From contig JALHTV010000031.1 of the NCBI GenBank assembly GCA_022866005.1, positions 1 to 35,251 on the forward strand: a stretch of 35,251 nucleotides of DNA. The letters are read 5' to 3'. A program made the translations under genes and the position numbers. Position 1 is the stretch's first letter. Each line of letters starts with the position of its first letter. The notes below the pieces were generated by a model. The model saw nothing but the letters and a program-made list of their open reading frames with translations. It was not told where the DNA came from and did not search any database. The DNA comes from Phycisphaerae bacterium. GTDB lineage: Bacteria > Planctomycetota > Phycisphaerae > SM23-33. Shown here piece after piece: positions 1 to 8,847 of this stretch.

Positions 1-104
1 ACGTCGACGCCGCCGTGCAATCGCTCCGCGACGTGCTGGAGATCGCCGACGTCATGGTCCCCGGCCACGACAACCTGATGCTCTCACCGGGGCGGTTGAG
101 TTAG
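1..104 (+). CDS. 3' end of an upstream gene (partial C-terminal fragment, possibly an MBL-fold hydrolase)
   Basis: Frame 3 is open from the window edge to TAG at 102-104 and reads VDAAVQSLRDVLEIADVMVPGHDNLMLSPGRLS*. Third-position G/C bias matches neighbouring genes. VPGHD near a C-terminus is reminiscent of metallo-beta-lactamase-fold proteins, but 33 aa is too little for a firm call. Confidence 0.3.
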   Translation, partial: VDAAVQSLRDVLEIADVMVPGHDNLMLSPGRLS

Positions 105-195
105 CCAATCCCTTGCCCCACAATCTCCCTGTGTCGATGGACGCAGGATCCCAACCTCCAGACCACGCCCAGCCGCGCCACCGGGGAGGCTCCCC

Positions 196-1473
196 ATGAC
201 CTGGCAGGAGGCCCTGGCCTCGCAAGGGTGGAAGCTGGCGCTGATGGCGCCGCTGCTGGCGTGCTCGGCGTTCTTCAGCGGCAGCGAGACCACGCTGTTC
301 CGCCTCACGCGGCTCCAGCTCTATCGTCTGGGGCACGGGAAGCGTCCGGGGCGGATCGTCCCCGCGCTGATGCGCCGCCCGCGGCGCGTGCTGAACACGC
401 TGCTGCTGGGCAACATGTGCGTGAACGTCGCCTACACGGGCATCGCGGCGGTGACGATCATGGAGCTTCAGCGGGCCGGTGTGGGGGGGTGGGTTCTGGC
501 CGCGGCGTCCCTGGTGGCGTTGTTGGTGCTGATCCTGTTCGGCGAGGTGTTCCCGAAGATGCTGGCGATGGCCGCGGGGCCTCACCTGGCCGTGCCGGCA
601 GCTGCGGCGCTGGAGGTGATCGGGCGCGTGGCCGGGCCGGTGCTGTGGGTGCTGGAGAAGATTCTGGTCGTGCCGCTGACGCGGCTGATTGCCCCGGCCC
701 AGGGCGGCGCCGGTGACATCACCGCCGAGGAGCTGGCGGCGCTGCTGGACCTCTCGGCCAAGCGCGGCGTGATCGACCGGGACGTCAATGCCCTGCTCCA
801 GGAGATCGTCGCGCTCACCGACATCCGCGTGGCCGACATTGTGGTGCCGCGCGTGGACATGATCGCCTACGACGTGGACGGGGACCCCTCCGGTCTGATC
901 GAGCTGTGCACCCAGACGCGTTTGCGGAAGATCCCCGTCTACGAGAAGGACATCGATCACGTCCTGGGCGTCGTGCACGCCAAGCGCCTGCTGCTGGGTC
1001 CCACGCCGCCGCCGCTGCGGCAGCTGGTGGCCAAGGTTCCGTTCGTGCCCGAGGCCGCCCGCGTGGAGCGGCTGTTGATTCAGTTCCGCGTGACGCGGAC
1101 GCAGATGGCCATCGTGGTGGACGAGTACGGCGGCACGGCGGGACTGGTGACGTTGGAGGACGTTCTGGAGGAGATCGTCGGCGACATGCCCGACTCGCAC
1201 GCCGCCGCCGCCGGCCCGGCCGTGCAGCGCATCAGCGACAGCGAATACCTGCTCGACGGCGACCTGGCCATCCACGAATGGGAGGACGCCTTCAAGATCG
1301 ACCTGTCCAGGGGGCAGATCAGCACGGTGGGCGGGTTTGTCATCTCGCTGCTGGGGCGGATCCCCCACGAGGGCGAACAGGCCGAGTACCGCAACCTGCG
1401 ATTCACCATCGTGTCCATGCGCCGCCGGCGGATTGACAAGCTCCGGCTGGAGCTGCTGGGGGGGCCGACATGA
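196..1473 (+). CDS. CNNM/HlyC-CorC family transporter (DUF21 membrane domain + CBS pair + CorC_HlyC C-terminal domain)
   Basis: 425-aa ORF. ATG at 196 is preceded by GGGGAGG (183-189). The N-terminus has FFSGSETTLF and LLLGN motifs typical of DUF21. A central CBS pair follows (VADIVVPRVDM ... IVVDEYGGTAGLVTLEDVLEEIVG). The C-terminal part (YLLDGDLAIHEWEDAF ... STVGGFVISLLGRIP) is typical of the CorC_HlyC domain. Confidence 0.85.
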   Translation: MTWQEALASQGWKLALMAPLLACSAFFSGSETTLFRLTRLQLYRLGHGKRPGRIVPALMRRPRRVLNTLLLGNMCVNVAYTGIAAVTIMELQRAGVGGWVLAAASLVALLVLILFGEVFPKMLAMAAGPHLAVPAAAALEVIGRVAGPVLWVLEKILVVPLTRLIAPAQGGAGDITAEELAALLDLSAKRGVIDRDVNALLQEIVALTDIRVADIVVPRVDMIAYDVDGDPSGLIELCTQTRLRKIPVYEKDIDHVLGVVHAKRLLLGPTPPPLRQLVAKVPFVPEAARVERLLIQFRVTRTQMAIVVDEYGGTAGLVTLEDVLEEIVGDMPDSHAAAAGPAVQRISDSEYLLDGDLAIHEWEDAFKIDLSRGQISTVGGFVISLLGRIPHEGEQAEYRNLRFTIVSMRRRRIDKLRLELLGGPT

Positions 1474-2468
1474 TCGCGATGGTCCTGGTGGTGGAATGGG
1501 CGGCGTGGTTGGTGGTGCTGGCGGCGTGTCTGGCACTGGCGGGGTTGCTGGCCGGCATGGAGACGGGCATCTACGTGCTCAACCGGATCCGCCTGGACCT
1601 GCGCAGCGAAGGCGGGGGCGCCGCGGCCCGGACGCTGCGGACCATGCTGGACCGCCCCGACCACCTGCTGACTGTGCTGCTGGTGGGCAACAACCTGGCG
1701 GTGTACTGGGCGACGTTTGCGGTCAGCGCCATGCTGGTGCTGGCCGGCTACCGCCAGCACGTGGAGCTGTACGCGGTGATTGTGGCGGCGCCGCTGCTGC
1801 TGGTGGTGGGCGAGAGCGTGCCCAAGAACGTCTTCCAACGCCTGGCGGAGACGCTCACCTATCGCATGGCCCGCGGGCTGGCGGCCGTGGACACCCTGTT
1901 GACCTACAGCGGCCTGGTGCCGCTGGTGAGGGGGTTCACCTGGCTGCTGTTCCGTGCGCTGCGGATCACGGCCGCCCGGCGTCCGCCGCTGGGGCGGGAG
2001 GGTCTATCGGCCATCGTGGCCGAGGGGCAGGCCAGCGGCGCGCTGACGCACAGCCAATCGGTCATGGCCGACCGCGTCATGAACATCTCCGACGTGCGCC
2101 TCAAGGACGTGATGATCCCGATGGCGCGCGTCCACACGGCCTCTGCGGGCGCCAGCCGCGAGCAACTGGTCGCCTTGGCCGCGGAGGTGAGCCACTCGCG
2201 CCTGCCGGTGGTGGACGCCGACGGCAAGGTCACCGGCATCCTGGACGTGCTGGACATCCTCAGCGGCCGGGAGGCGACGGTCCCGCCGCATCGCATGCGC
2301 GTGCCGCTGGTGCTGTCCGCCGAGCAGGGCGTCACCGACGCGCTCTACCAGATGCAGCGGCAGAACGCCCACATGGCCATCGTCGAAGGCGCCAATGGCA
2401 AGCACCTGGGGATGGTCACGATCAAGGACCTGGTCGAGGAGATCGTCGGCGAGCTGGAGGCCTGGTGA
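1470..2468 (+). CDS. second CNNM/DUF21-CBS protein lacking the CorC_HlyC C-terminal domain
   Basis: 332-aa ORF whose ATG (1470) overlaps the upstream TGA (1471-1473) as ATGA, suggesting translational coupling. Has LAGMETGIY and LLVGNN DUF21 motifs and a CBS pair ending MAIVEGANGKHLGMVTIKDLVEEIVGE. The protein ends right after the CBS pair. Confidence 0.8.
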   Translation: MIAMVLVVEWAAWLVVLAACLALAGLLAGMETGIYVLNRIRLDLRSEGGGAAARTLRTMLDRPDHLLTVLLVGNNLAVYWATFAVSAMLVLAGYRQHVELYAVIVAAPLLLVVGESVPKNVFQRLAETLTYRMARGLAAVDTLLTYSGLVPLVRGFTWLLFRALRITAARRPPLGREGLSAIVAEGQASGALTHSQSVMADRVMNISDVRLKDVMIPMARVHTASAGASREQLVALAAEVSHSRLPVVDADGKVTGILDVLDILSGREATVPPHRMRVPLVLSAEQGVTDALYQMQRQNAHMAIVEGANGKHLGMVTIKDLVEEIVGELEAW

Positions 2469-2481
2469 TTCCTCCGGCCCG

Positions 2482-3936
2482 TCAGGGGGTCGCCGGTCGG
2501 GCCGATGATGCCCGCAGATAGTCCACCAGGAGCCGGCACAGGGCGTCCTGGAAGGTCTTGGCCTTGGCGGCTGAGGGGGCCTCGTTGACCAGGATCGAGA
2601 AGGCAATCGCGGGCCGGCCGTCCTCGTCCAGCACGTAGCCGCTGAGGGCCGAGACGCCGGCGATGTAGCCCGTCTTGCCCAGCACGCTCCCGCGATACGC
2701 CGCCTCGGCTAGGCGGTGCTGCATCGAGCCGTCGGTGCCGCTGATCGGCAGGGAGTCCACCAGCAGCTTCCCTTCAGACCGGCGGAGCACGGCGCTGAGC
2801 AGGCCGACGATCGTCGCGGCGCTGACCCGGTTGCCGCGCGACAGGCCTCCGCCGTCGCGGACGACCAGCCCCGTCGTGTCCAGCCCGGAGATCTCCTGAA
2901 GCCCCCGCGCCATGAGGGCGGCGCTGCCTTTCCACGTGCCGTCCCCGGCGCGGAGGAGGAGGCACTCCGCGGCCAGGTTCATGCTGCGCTTGTTCGACCG
3001 GGCCAGGACGACGGCCAGGGGGGTTGTCGTCTGGGCGATCTGCCGGGCCTGGGCCGGGTCGACCGACGCCGTCGGCGCCGTGCGAATGGTCCCGCTCAGC
3101 GTCACACCCACTCGCGCCAGCCGCTCAGCCAGCACCCTTCCCAGCAGCAGCGGGGGGTTGTCCACGGCCACGCTGACGGGTTCCTCGCTGCCGCGGGCCA
3201 CGGTGCCGGTGAGCGTGAGGACCGAGTCGTCCTCGCTCGTGCTTGCCGACCAGCCGTGCTTGCGGGCGACCTGGACCTGGCTGACGATTTTGATGAAGCG
3301 GCTGGCGGGCTGGACGTGCGTGGTGGCCTGGCCCGCGGCGACGGTGAAGGTGATGTCGAGGCAATTGTCGTTGAAGTTCAGTGACGCCGGGGGGGCGGCA
3401 TACCACCGCTGCCACTGGCTTCGGGGCCAGTCCTCCTGGCGCCCCGACCCCTCCGGCCAGGAGACGCACAGCACCAGGTCGCGGATCGTGGCCCCGCACG
3501 TCCGCCGGATCGCCTCGGCCCAGCGGTCCAGCTCGTCGTAGATGCTCTTGCCTGCGGCCGCAGCCAGGACCGGGTCGCCCAGCGTCGGGTCGCCGTCGCC
3601 GATCACCAGGATGTCGTCGCCCAGGCTGTAGACGGTGGTGGTGAAGCGGAAGTCCCGCCCCAGCCGGGCCAGCGCGAAGGCCGTCGTCAGCAGCTTCTGG
3701 TTGCTGGCGGGGATGAGCGGTGTGGCCGCGTTAATGTCCAGCAGCGTCTGGCCGCTGCGCAGGTCCACGGCGGAGATGCCCACTGTGGGCGAGCCGGTCT
3801 TGCGGAACTCCTCGACGGCCGCCGCCACGCGCTGCGACAACGCCGCCGGGTCCCCCTGGGCAGGAGCGCCCCCAACGGCGGCCGCCACGGCGGCTATGGC
3901 CAGCAGACAATACGCAGCCCGTCTCATTCGCGGCAT
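2482..3936 (-). CDS. dacB: D-alanyl-D-alanine carboxypeptidase/endopeptidase, PBP4 (peptidase S13) family
   Basis: The ORF runs 2482..3975. I prefer the ATG at 3936 (MPRMRRAAYCLLAIAAVAAA signal-like N-terminus) because GAGGGGGG lies just upstream. SxxK motif in LIPASNQKLLT, KTG motif in VLGKTGYIAG, and overall length are typical of PBP4. Confidence 0.8.
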   Translation of the reverse strand: MPRMRRAAYCLLAIAAVAAAVGGAPAQGDPAALSQRVAAAVEEFRKTGSPTVGISAVDLRSGQTLLDINAATPLIPASNQKLLTTAFALARLGRDFRFTTTVYSLGDDILVIGDGDPTLGDPVLAAAAGKSIYDELDRWAEAIRRTCGATIRDLVLCVSWPEGSGRQEDWPRSQWQRWYAAPPASLNFNDNCLDITFTVAAGQATTHVQPASRFIKIVSQVQVARKHGWSASTSEDDSVLTLTGTVARGSEEPVSVAVDNPPLLLGRVLAERLARVGVTLSGTIRTAPTASVDPAQARQIAQTTTPLAVVLARSNKRSMNLAAECLLLRAGDGTWKGSAALMARGLQEISGLDTTGLVVRDGGGLSRGNRVSAATIVGLLSAVLRRSEGKLLVDSLPISGTDGSMQHRLAEAAYRGSVLGKTGYIAGVSALSGYVLDEDGRPAIAFSILVNEAPSAAKAKTFQDALCRLLVDYLRASSARPATP

Positions 3937-3971
3937 TCCTGTTCCCCCCTCGCTTGGCATTGGGCGCCCAT

Positions 3972-5072
3972 TCACGCCGGGCGATCGCCGAACGAGGTTC
4001 CCAAGGCCCGGGCCGCCTCGATCAGCAGATGGTCAGTCGGCACGGTGCGGACCTTCCCGGCCACCTCAGCGATGGGGACCGAATCGATCCGGCCGCCGCG
4101 CTGCACGACCATCCTGCCGAACTGCCCGGCCACGAGCAACCGGAAGGCGTGATACCCGAACTGGGTCGCCAGGATGCGATCGTAGGGCGTGGGGGAGCCG
4201 CCGCGCTGGATGTGCCCCAGCACGATCGAGCGGCTCTCCAGGCCCGTGGTCTTCTCGACCTCCTCCGCCACGTACCTGCCCACCCCGCCCAGGCGGATCG
4301 GATCGGGGGACGTGGGGTCCACGCGATCGACGAACTGCTTGCCGCCGACGGGCACGGCGCCCTCGGCGGCGGCCACGATGGTGAAGCCCTTGCCGACCTT
4401 GTGGCGCTTGAGGCACTTACCGGCTATGTGCTCCAGGCGGAAGGGGATCTCCGGGATGAGGATCACGTCGGCCCCGCTGGCGAGCCCGGCGTGCAGCGCG
4501 ATCCATCCGGCGTAGCGCCCCATCAGCTCGACCACCATCACGCGGTGGTGGCTGGAGGCGGTGGTATGGACCTTGTCGAGGGCGTCGGCGGCCGTGGTGA
4601 CGGCGGTGTGGTGGCCGAAGGTGATGTCCGTGGCCCACAGGTCGTTGTCGATGGTCTTGGGCACGCCGATGATGTTCAGCCCGCGGGCGATCAGGTCCAC
4701 CGCCCCGCCCATCGTGCCGTCGCCCCCGATGACCACCAGGGCGTCCAGCCGGGCGGCGTTGCAGTGCTTGACCACCTGGTCGCGGACGTCGCGCTTGACC
4801 CACTTGCCGTCACCAGTGGGCACGGCGTAGTCGGCGGGATTGGCCTTGTTGCTGGCCCCGAGGATCGTCCCGCCGACCGTCAAGATGCCGCTGACGTCCT
4901 TGTTCTCCAGCACCCGCAGGCGGTTCTCGATCAGGCCCAGGTACCCGTCCTCGATGCCCAGGACCTCCAGCCCGCCGCCCAGCGCCGCCTTGGCTACCGC
5001 GCGGATGACCGCGTTCAGGCCGGGACAGTCGCCCCCGCCGGTCAGGATGCCGATCCGTTTCAGTGACGCCAT
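3972..5072 (-). CDS. pfkA: 6-phosphofructokinase (PfkA family)
   Basis: 366-aa ORF. N-terminal RIGILTGGGDCPGLNAVIRAV, then VVIGGDGTMGGA, PKTIDNDL and MGRYAGW motifs. Confidence 0.9.
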   Translation of the reverse strand: MASLKRIGILTGGGDCPGLNAVIRAVAKAALGGGLEVLGIEDGYLGLIENRLRVLENKDVSGILTVGGTILGASNKANPADYAVPTGDGKWVKRDVRDQVVKHCNAARLDALVVIGGDGTMGGAVDLIARGLNIIGVPKTIDNDLWATDITFGHHTAVTTAADALDKVHTTASSHHRVMVVELMGRYAGWIALHAGLASGADVILIPEIPFRLEHIAGKCLKRHKVGKGFTIVAAAEGAVPVGGKQFVDRVDPTSPDPIRLGGVGRYVAEEVEKTTGLESRSIVLGHIQRGGSPTPYDRILATQFGYHAFRLLVAGQFGRMVVQRGGRIDSVPIAEVAGKVRTVPTDHLLIEAARALGTSFGDRPA

Positions 5073-5111
5073 GGCGCCGCTCCGTGCCGGCTGCGGCCGG
5101 GGGAATTCCGT

Positions 5112-5143
5112 ACCTGGCTACCGCAGCCAGGTGGGGGTATAAT
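5112..5143 (+). promoter_or_regulatory. candidate sigma70-type promoter for the PilZ gene, with an inverted repeat over the -35 position
   Basis: Perfect TATAAT at 5138-5143. A weak -35 TGGCTA lies 17 nt upstream. A perfect 8-bp inverted repeat ACCTGGCT (5112-5119) / AGCCAGGT (5125-5132) overlaps it. The SD GGAGGAG (5174-5180) sits 6 nt before ATG 5187. Confidence 0.4.
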
Positions 5144-5186
5144 CATAGCGGATTGCGGACCCGACGGCCATGCGGAGGAGTCAGCC

Positions 5187-5519
5187 ATGACTGACATGCA
5201 GAAGGCCGACCGCCGGCGGCATCACCGTCGCCCCCTGTCAGCCGGCGTGCAGTTCCACCACGAGCCCTCCGCAGGTGACTATCCTGCCAGGGCGGTGGAC
5301 ATCTCCGACAGCGGCATGCTCATGTACGTGCCGGTCTCGGCCCCGGTCAAACCCGGCCACCCCGTCCGTGTGACCATTCACCTAGCCCACCGCCGCCCAG
5401 ACAACGGTCTGGGGGATCTGGACGACACGCCGCGCCCGGCGCGGATCGTCCGCGTCCAGCGCGAGGGGCTGATGATCACCGGCAAGCTGGCCGTGGGCGT
5501 GGAGTTCGTCCAGGGTTGA
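5187..5519 (+). CDS. PilZ domain protein (putative c-di-GMP receptor)
   Basis: 110-aa ORF with an N-terminal RRRHHRR (RxxxR-type) motif and DISDSGM (D/NxSxxG-type) motif in the spacing expected for PilZ. Good SD. Confidence 0.75.
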   Translation: MTDMQKADRRRHHRRPLSAGVQFHHEPSAGDYPARAVDISDSGMLMYVPVSAPVKPGHPVRVTIHLAHRRPDNGLGDLDDTPRPARIVRVQREGLMITGKLAVGVEFVQG

Positions 5520-5543
5520 GATCGTCAGGGCTGCCGGCAGCGG

Positions 5544-6437
5544 ATGGACTTTAAGTTGTGCTGCGCGCCTAATACAGCCATGAAGACGCGGATCTTCTTC
5601 GGCGCGGTCATGATCGCCGCCTTGGCCGCCGTGCTCACCCTGGACTGGCGGCTGGAGCAGGCCTGGCCCCTGCGCCCGTGGGCGGCGGGTGGGCCGGTAG
5701 CGAGCATCCTTTTGTTTCTGGTGGTGCTGGCGTTTTGGGAGCTTGGCCGCCTGGCCCGCGGCGCGGGCTTGGAGGTCCTGCCCGTCTCGGGGCTGGCGGG
5801 CGCGGCCGCGGTGGGCCTGTGGCCTTATTGGGGAAGGCTGCTCTGGCCGGGCGGGGCTGGTGACGCACTGGTGGCCTTGGCGGGGATGGTCGCAGGGACG
5901 ATCTTTGCCGAGCAGATGATCCGCTTTCGCACGGCTGAGGGGCTGCGGCGGGTCGCGGCGACCTCGCTGGGGGTGCTGTATCTGGGCGTGGGGACGGCGG
6001 CCATCCTGTCGATCCGCATGACCTGGGGAGTCGCGGTGCTGGTGATGTTCCTGGTGGCAGTGAAGGCTACCGACATGGTGGCCTACTTCGTCGGCTCCGC
6101 CGCGGGGCGGCACAAGCTGATCCCCTGGCTGTCGCCGGGCAAGAGCTGGGAGGGGACGGTCGGCGGCCTGATCGGTGGGGCCGGGGCGGCGGCGCTAGCA
6201 GCGGGGCTGCTGGGCGTGCGGGCGATTCCGCTGTGGCAGGCGGCGGTCCTGGGTGCGGTCTTCGGCGCGGCGGGGCAATTCGCCGACCTCTGCGAGAGCC
6301 TCCTGAAGCGCTCCGCTCAGGCCAAGGATAGCGGCGCAGCCGTGCCGCAGTTCGGCGGCGTGCTGGACATGCTGGACTCCCCGCTGCTGGCGGCGCCGGT
6401 GGCCTGGGCGATCTTCAGCGCGATCCCGGGGCTGTAG
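5544..6437 (+). CDS. cdsA: phosphatidate cytidylyltransferase-like (CTP_transf_1 family)
   Basis: Multi-TM 297-aa ORF with KATDMVAYFVGSAAGRHKLIPWLSPGKSWEGTVGGLIGG and C-terminal SLLKRSAQAKD...FGGVLDMLD. The start is uncertain: an alternative ATG at 5580 (MKTRIFFG) is equally plausible. See the finding on the deviant signature. Confidence 0.75.
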   Translation: MDFKLCCAPNTAMKTRIFFGAVMIAALAAVLTLDWRLEQAWPLRPWAAGGPVASILLFLVVLAFWELGRLARGAGLEVLPVSGLAGAAAVGLWPYWGRLLWPGGAGDALVALAGMVAGTIFAEQMIRFRTAEGLRRVAATSLGVLYLGVGTAAILSIRMTWGVAVLVMFLVAVKATDMVAYFVGSAAGRHKLIPWLSPGKSWEGTVGGLIGGAGAAALAAGLLGVRAIPLWQAAVLGAVFGAAGQFADLCESLLKRSAQAKDSGAAVPQFGGVLDMLDSPLLAAPVAWAIFSAIPGL

Positions 6438-6451
6438 CGAGCCCCTTGGCG

Positions 6452-8770
6452 CTAGGTTCCCGCTCCGGCAATCGGTCCGTGGGCCAGGTGTCCCTTGCCC
6501 GTCCTGCCGGTGGTGGCCACGAAGGCTGGCAGCAGCAGCGGGCGGACGATGAAGGTGTCGATGAGCATCCCCAGCGCCAGGGCAAAGCCGAGCTGCTGGA
6601 GCAGCAGCAGCCGCGCGCCCATCAGGCTGCCCAGCGTCGCGGCCATGATCAGCCCGCAGGAGGAGATCACCGGGCCCGTGTGCACGACCGCCCGCCGCGT
6701 GGCCTCGCGCGCCGTGGCGCCGGGGGCCTCCTGCGCCAGGCGTGCGGCCAGGAAGATGTTGTAGTCCTGCCCGACGGCCACCATCACCACGAAGAGGAAC
6801 ACCTCCACCTTCCAGTCCAGCCCCGCCTCGCCCCACAGGCCGGTCCGGGCCCAGTAGCTGATCCCCAGCGTAGCCAGGTAGCTCAGCAGCGTCGAGCCGA
6901 CCATGAAGGCCGACAGCCACGGGTCGCGCAGCAGGGCCAGCACGATCAGGAAGATCGCCGCCAGCGCCAGCACGGTGATCAGGCGGAAGTTGCGGCGGGT
7001 GAGGTCGCGGACGTCGGCCATCTCCGCCGTCGCCCCCGCCACGAGGACCGACGCCCGCAGGTCTAGCTTCTGGAGCGCCTGCTGCACGGAGCGGCGGACG
7101 GCCGCCAGGGCCTCCATGGCCTCCAGCGTCAGGGCCGGCCGGTCGAGCACCACGGACAGGCGCGTCGTCGTGCCGTCGGCGCTGAGGTACTCCGGCCCGG
7201 CGATGGTGGCGCCCACGGTCTTGGCTAGGAAGTTGGCCGCCGGCGGCGCCGAGGCGCCCAGCGGGGCCGCAAGGCTGCGGACGCCGCTGACGTGCGGCAC
7301 GGCCAGGATGTCCTGGCTGATTCGGGCGGTCGCGGCGTCCCACTGCGGCCCCGGCACGGGCCGGTCAGCCTGGATCAGCACCGTGGCCGGGGCGACTTCA
7401 CCGACGGACCAGTGCCGTTGGGCCATGGTCAGTCCCTTGGCCGCCCCGCCCAGCCCGGCCTCCTCGTAGGCGCGGATCGAGGCCAGCGTGTCGTAGACCC
7501 ACCTGGCGTTCAGGCCCTGGATCGCCGGCGCGGCAAAGGCCGCCACCGTGATCGTTCCCACCAGGATCGGCCGGGCCGTCACCGCCCGCGCCACGAGCGC
7601 CCACAGGCGCGGCGTGCGGAGCGGAAGCAGGCCGGCGGCAGAGGCGCCGCCCACCCGCGCCGGCCAGAACAACCGCGCCCCCCCGATGCCCACTAGGGCC
7701 GGTGCCAACGTCACCGAGGCCAGCAGCGCTACCGCTATCGCCAAGGCCACGGCGGGACCCGCGGTGCGGAACACGCCGTACCGCGCGAAGGACATCATCG
7801 CCAGACCCAGCGTGACCGTGCAGGCCGAGGCCAGGATGGCCGGGAAGCTGACCGTCAACGCCCCGGCGGCGGCCCGGTCGGCAGGGACGCCCTCACCGAG
7901 CATCTCGCGGTAGCGGCTGACGAGCAGCATCGTGTAGTCCACCCCGGCCCCATAGAGCAGGACGAACACGAAGATCTCCTCGGCCGTGCCGACGTTCAGA
8001 CCCAAGTGCGCGGCCAGGGTCAGTCCCTTCGTGGCCACCACGGCCGCCAGGCTGATCGCCCCCAGCGGCACCAGCGGCGCCACCGGTGTGCGGTACACCG
8101 CCAGCAGGATCACCACCACGGCCACCAGCGTCACCTGGACCGTGCGCCGGTGGCTGATCCTGGCCGCCACGGCGTAGTCGTGCCCGAAGCCCGCCGAGCC
8201 GCTCACCGCCGCGGCCAGCCCCACCGGCAGCGGCCGGGCGGCCACGACCGAGCGGATGTGGCGAACGATGCGGTCGGTGCGGAGCGAGATGAAATGGGTG
8301 GGGATGTTCACCAGGACCATGGCGGCCTGGCCATGGCGCCCGGGGGGGCTGATGAAGAGGTTCGGCCACATCGGCTCACCGGTCAGGGGAATGACCGGGG
8401 CCTCCAGGGAGGCGGGCGAGCGGACGCTCACGCCGGCCAGGTCCGCCGCGTCGGCCTCGCCCGTCGGGGTGGTCAACCGGCTGGCGATGTGCTCGATCGC
8501 GTCGCGGTCGGCGGGGGTGAGCGGTCCGTCGGATCGCTCAAAGACGATCGCCGCCTCGCTCATGCCGCTGCGGTTGGGGAAGTACCTGGCCAGGGTCCGC
8601 TCGCCGCGGCAGCAGGGGGTGTCGGGGGGCAGCAGTTGGGGCTCGGGCGTCTTGCGGGGGTCTTTGGGCGGGACCCGCAGCACCAGCAGCATCGCCGCGG
8701 CAAGCCAGGCGGCCACGATGATCCAGCGGGCCCGATAGACCCGGTCACCAAGACGTGTTCCCTGGGGCAA
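6452..8770 (-). CDS. MMPL/RND-superfamily membrane transporter (HpnN-like lipid exporter class)
   Basis: 772-aa ORF with two blocks of multiple hydrophobic helices separated by soluble loops. Typical MMPL strings include GVDYTMLLVSRYRE and GQDYNIFLAARL. The annotated start is TTG at 8770 (no in-frame ATG nearby), so the start is uncertain. Confidence 0.8.
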   Translation of the reverse strand: MPQGTRLGDRVYRARWIIVAAWLAAAMLLVLRVPPKDPRKTPEPQLLPPDTPCCRGERTLARYFPNRSGMSEAAIVFERSDGPLTPADRDAIEHIASRLTTPTGEADAADLAGVSVRSPASLEAPVIPLTGEPMWPNLFISPPGRHGQAAMVLVNIPTHFISLRTDRIVRHIRSVVAARPLPVGLAAAVSGSAGFGHDYAVAARISHRRTVQVTLVAVVVILLAVYRTPVAPLVPLGAISLAAVVATKGLTLAAHLGLNVGTAEEIFVFVLLYGAGVDYTMLLVSRYREMLGEGVPADRAAAGALTVSFPAILASACTVTLGLAMMSFARYGVFRTAGPAVALAIAVALLASVTLAPALVGIGGARLFWPARVGGASAAGLLPLRTPRLWALVARAVTARPILVGTITVAAFAAPAIQGLNARWVYDTLASIRAYEEAGLGGAAKGLTMAQRHWSVGEVAPATVLIQADRPVPGPQWDAATARISQDILAVPHVSGVRSLAAPLGASAPPAANFLAKTVGATIAGPEYLSADGTTTRLSVVLDRPALTLEAMEALAAVRRSVQQALQKLDLRASVLVAGATAEMADVRDLTRRNFRLITVLALAAIFLIVLALLRDPWLSAFMVGSTLLSYLATLGISYWARTGLWGEAGLDWKVEVFLFVVMVAVGQDYNIFLAARLAQEAPGATAREATRRAVVHTGPVISSCGLIMAATLGSLMGARLLLLQQLGFALALGMLIDTFIVRPLLLPAFVATTGRTGKGHLAHGPIAGAGT

Positions 8771-8813
8771 TGCTCGGTCCGTTTCGCTTGCCGCGCGGCC
8801 TGCGGGCCCACTC

Positions 8814-8839
8814 TGCTCTGCGAAGCGCTGCGCAGAGCA
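8814..8839 (-). other. intercistronic stem-loop between mlaD and the MMPL gene
   Basis: TGCTCTGCG (8814-8822) pairs with CGCAGAGCA (8831-8839), giving a 9-bp stem and an 8-nt loop. There is no U-tract on either strand, so this is not a classical terminator. Confidence 0.3.
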
Positions 8840-8847
8840 CCCGTGCG

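Noticed and set aside
52-1536. 494-aa minus-strand ORF antisense to the first CNNM gene
   Set aside because: It is a shadow ORF typical of high-GC DNA. The translation is dominated by R/P/G/A/H/Q runs with no recognisable motif, and the opposite strand encodes a protein with clear DUF21/CBS/CorC motifs.
3954-5066. 370-aa plus-strand ORF antisense to pfkA
   Set aside because: Low-complexity G/A/D/V/R-rich translation. The minus strand encodes an unmistakable phosphofructokinase.
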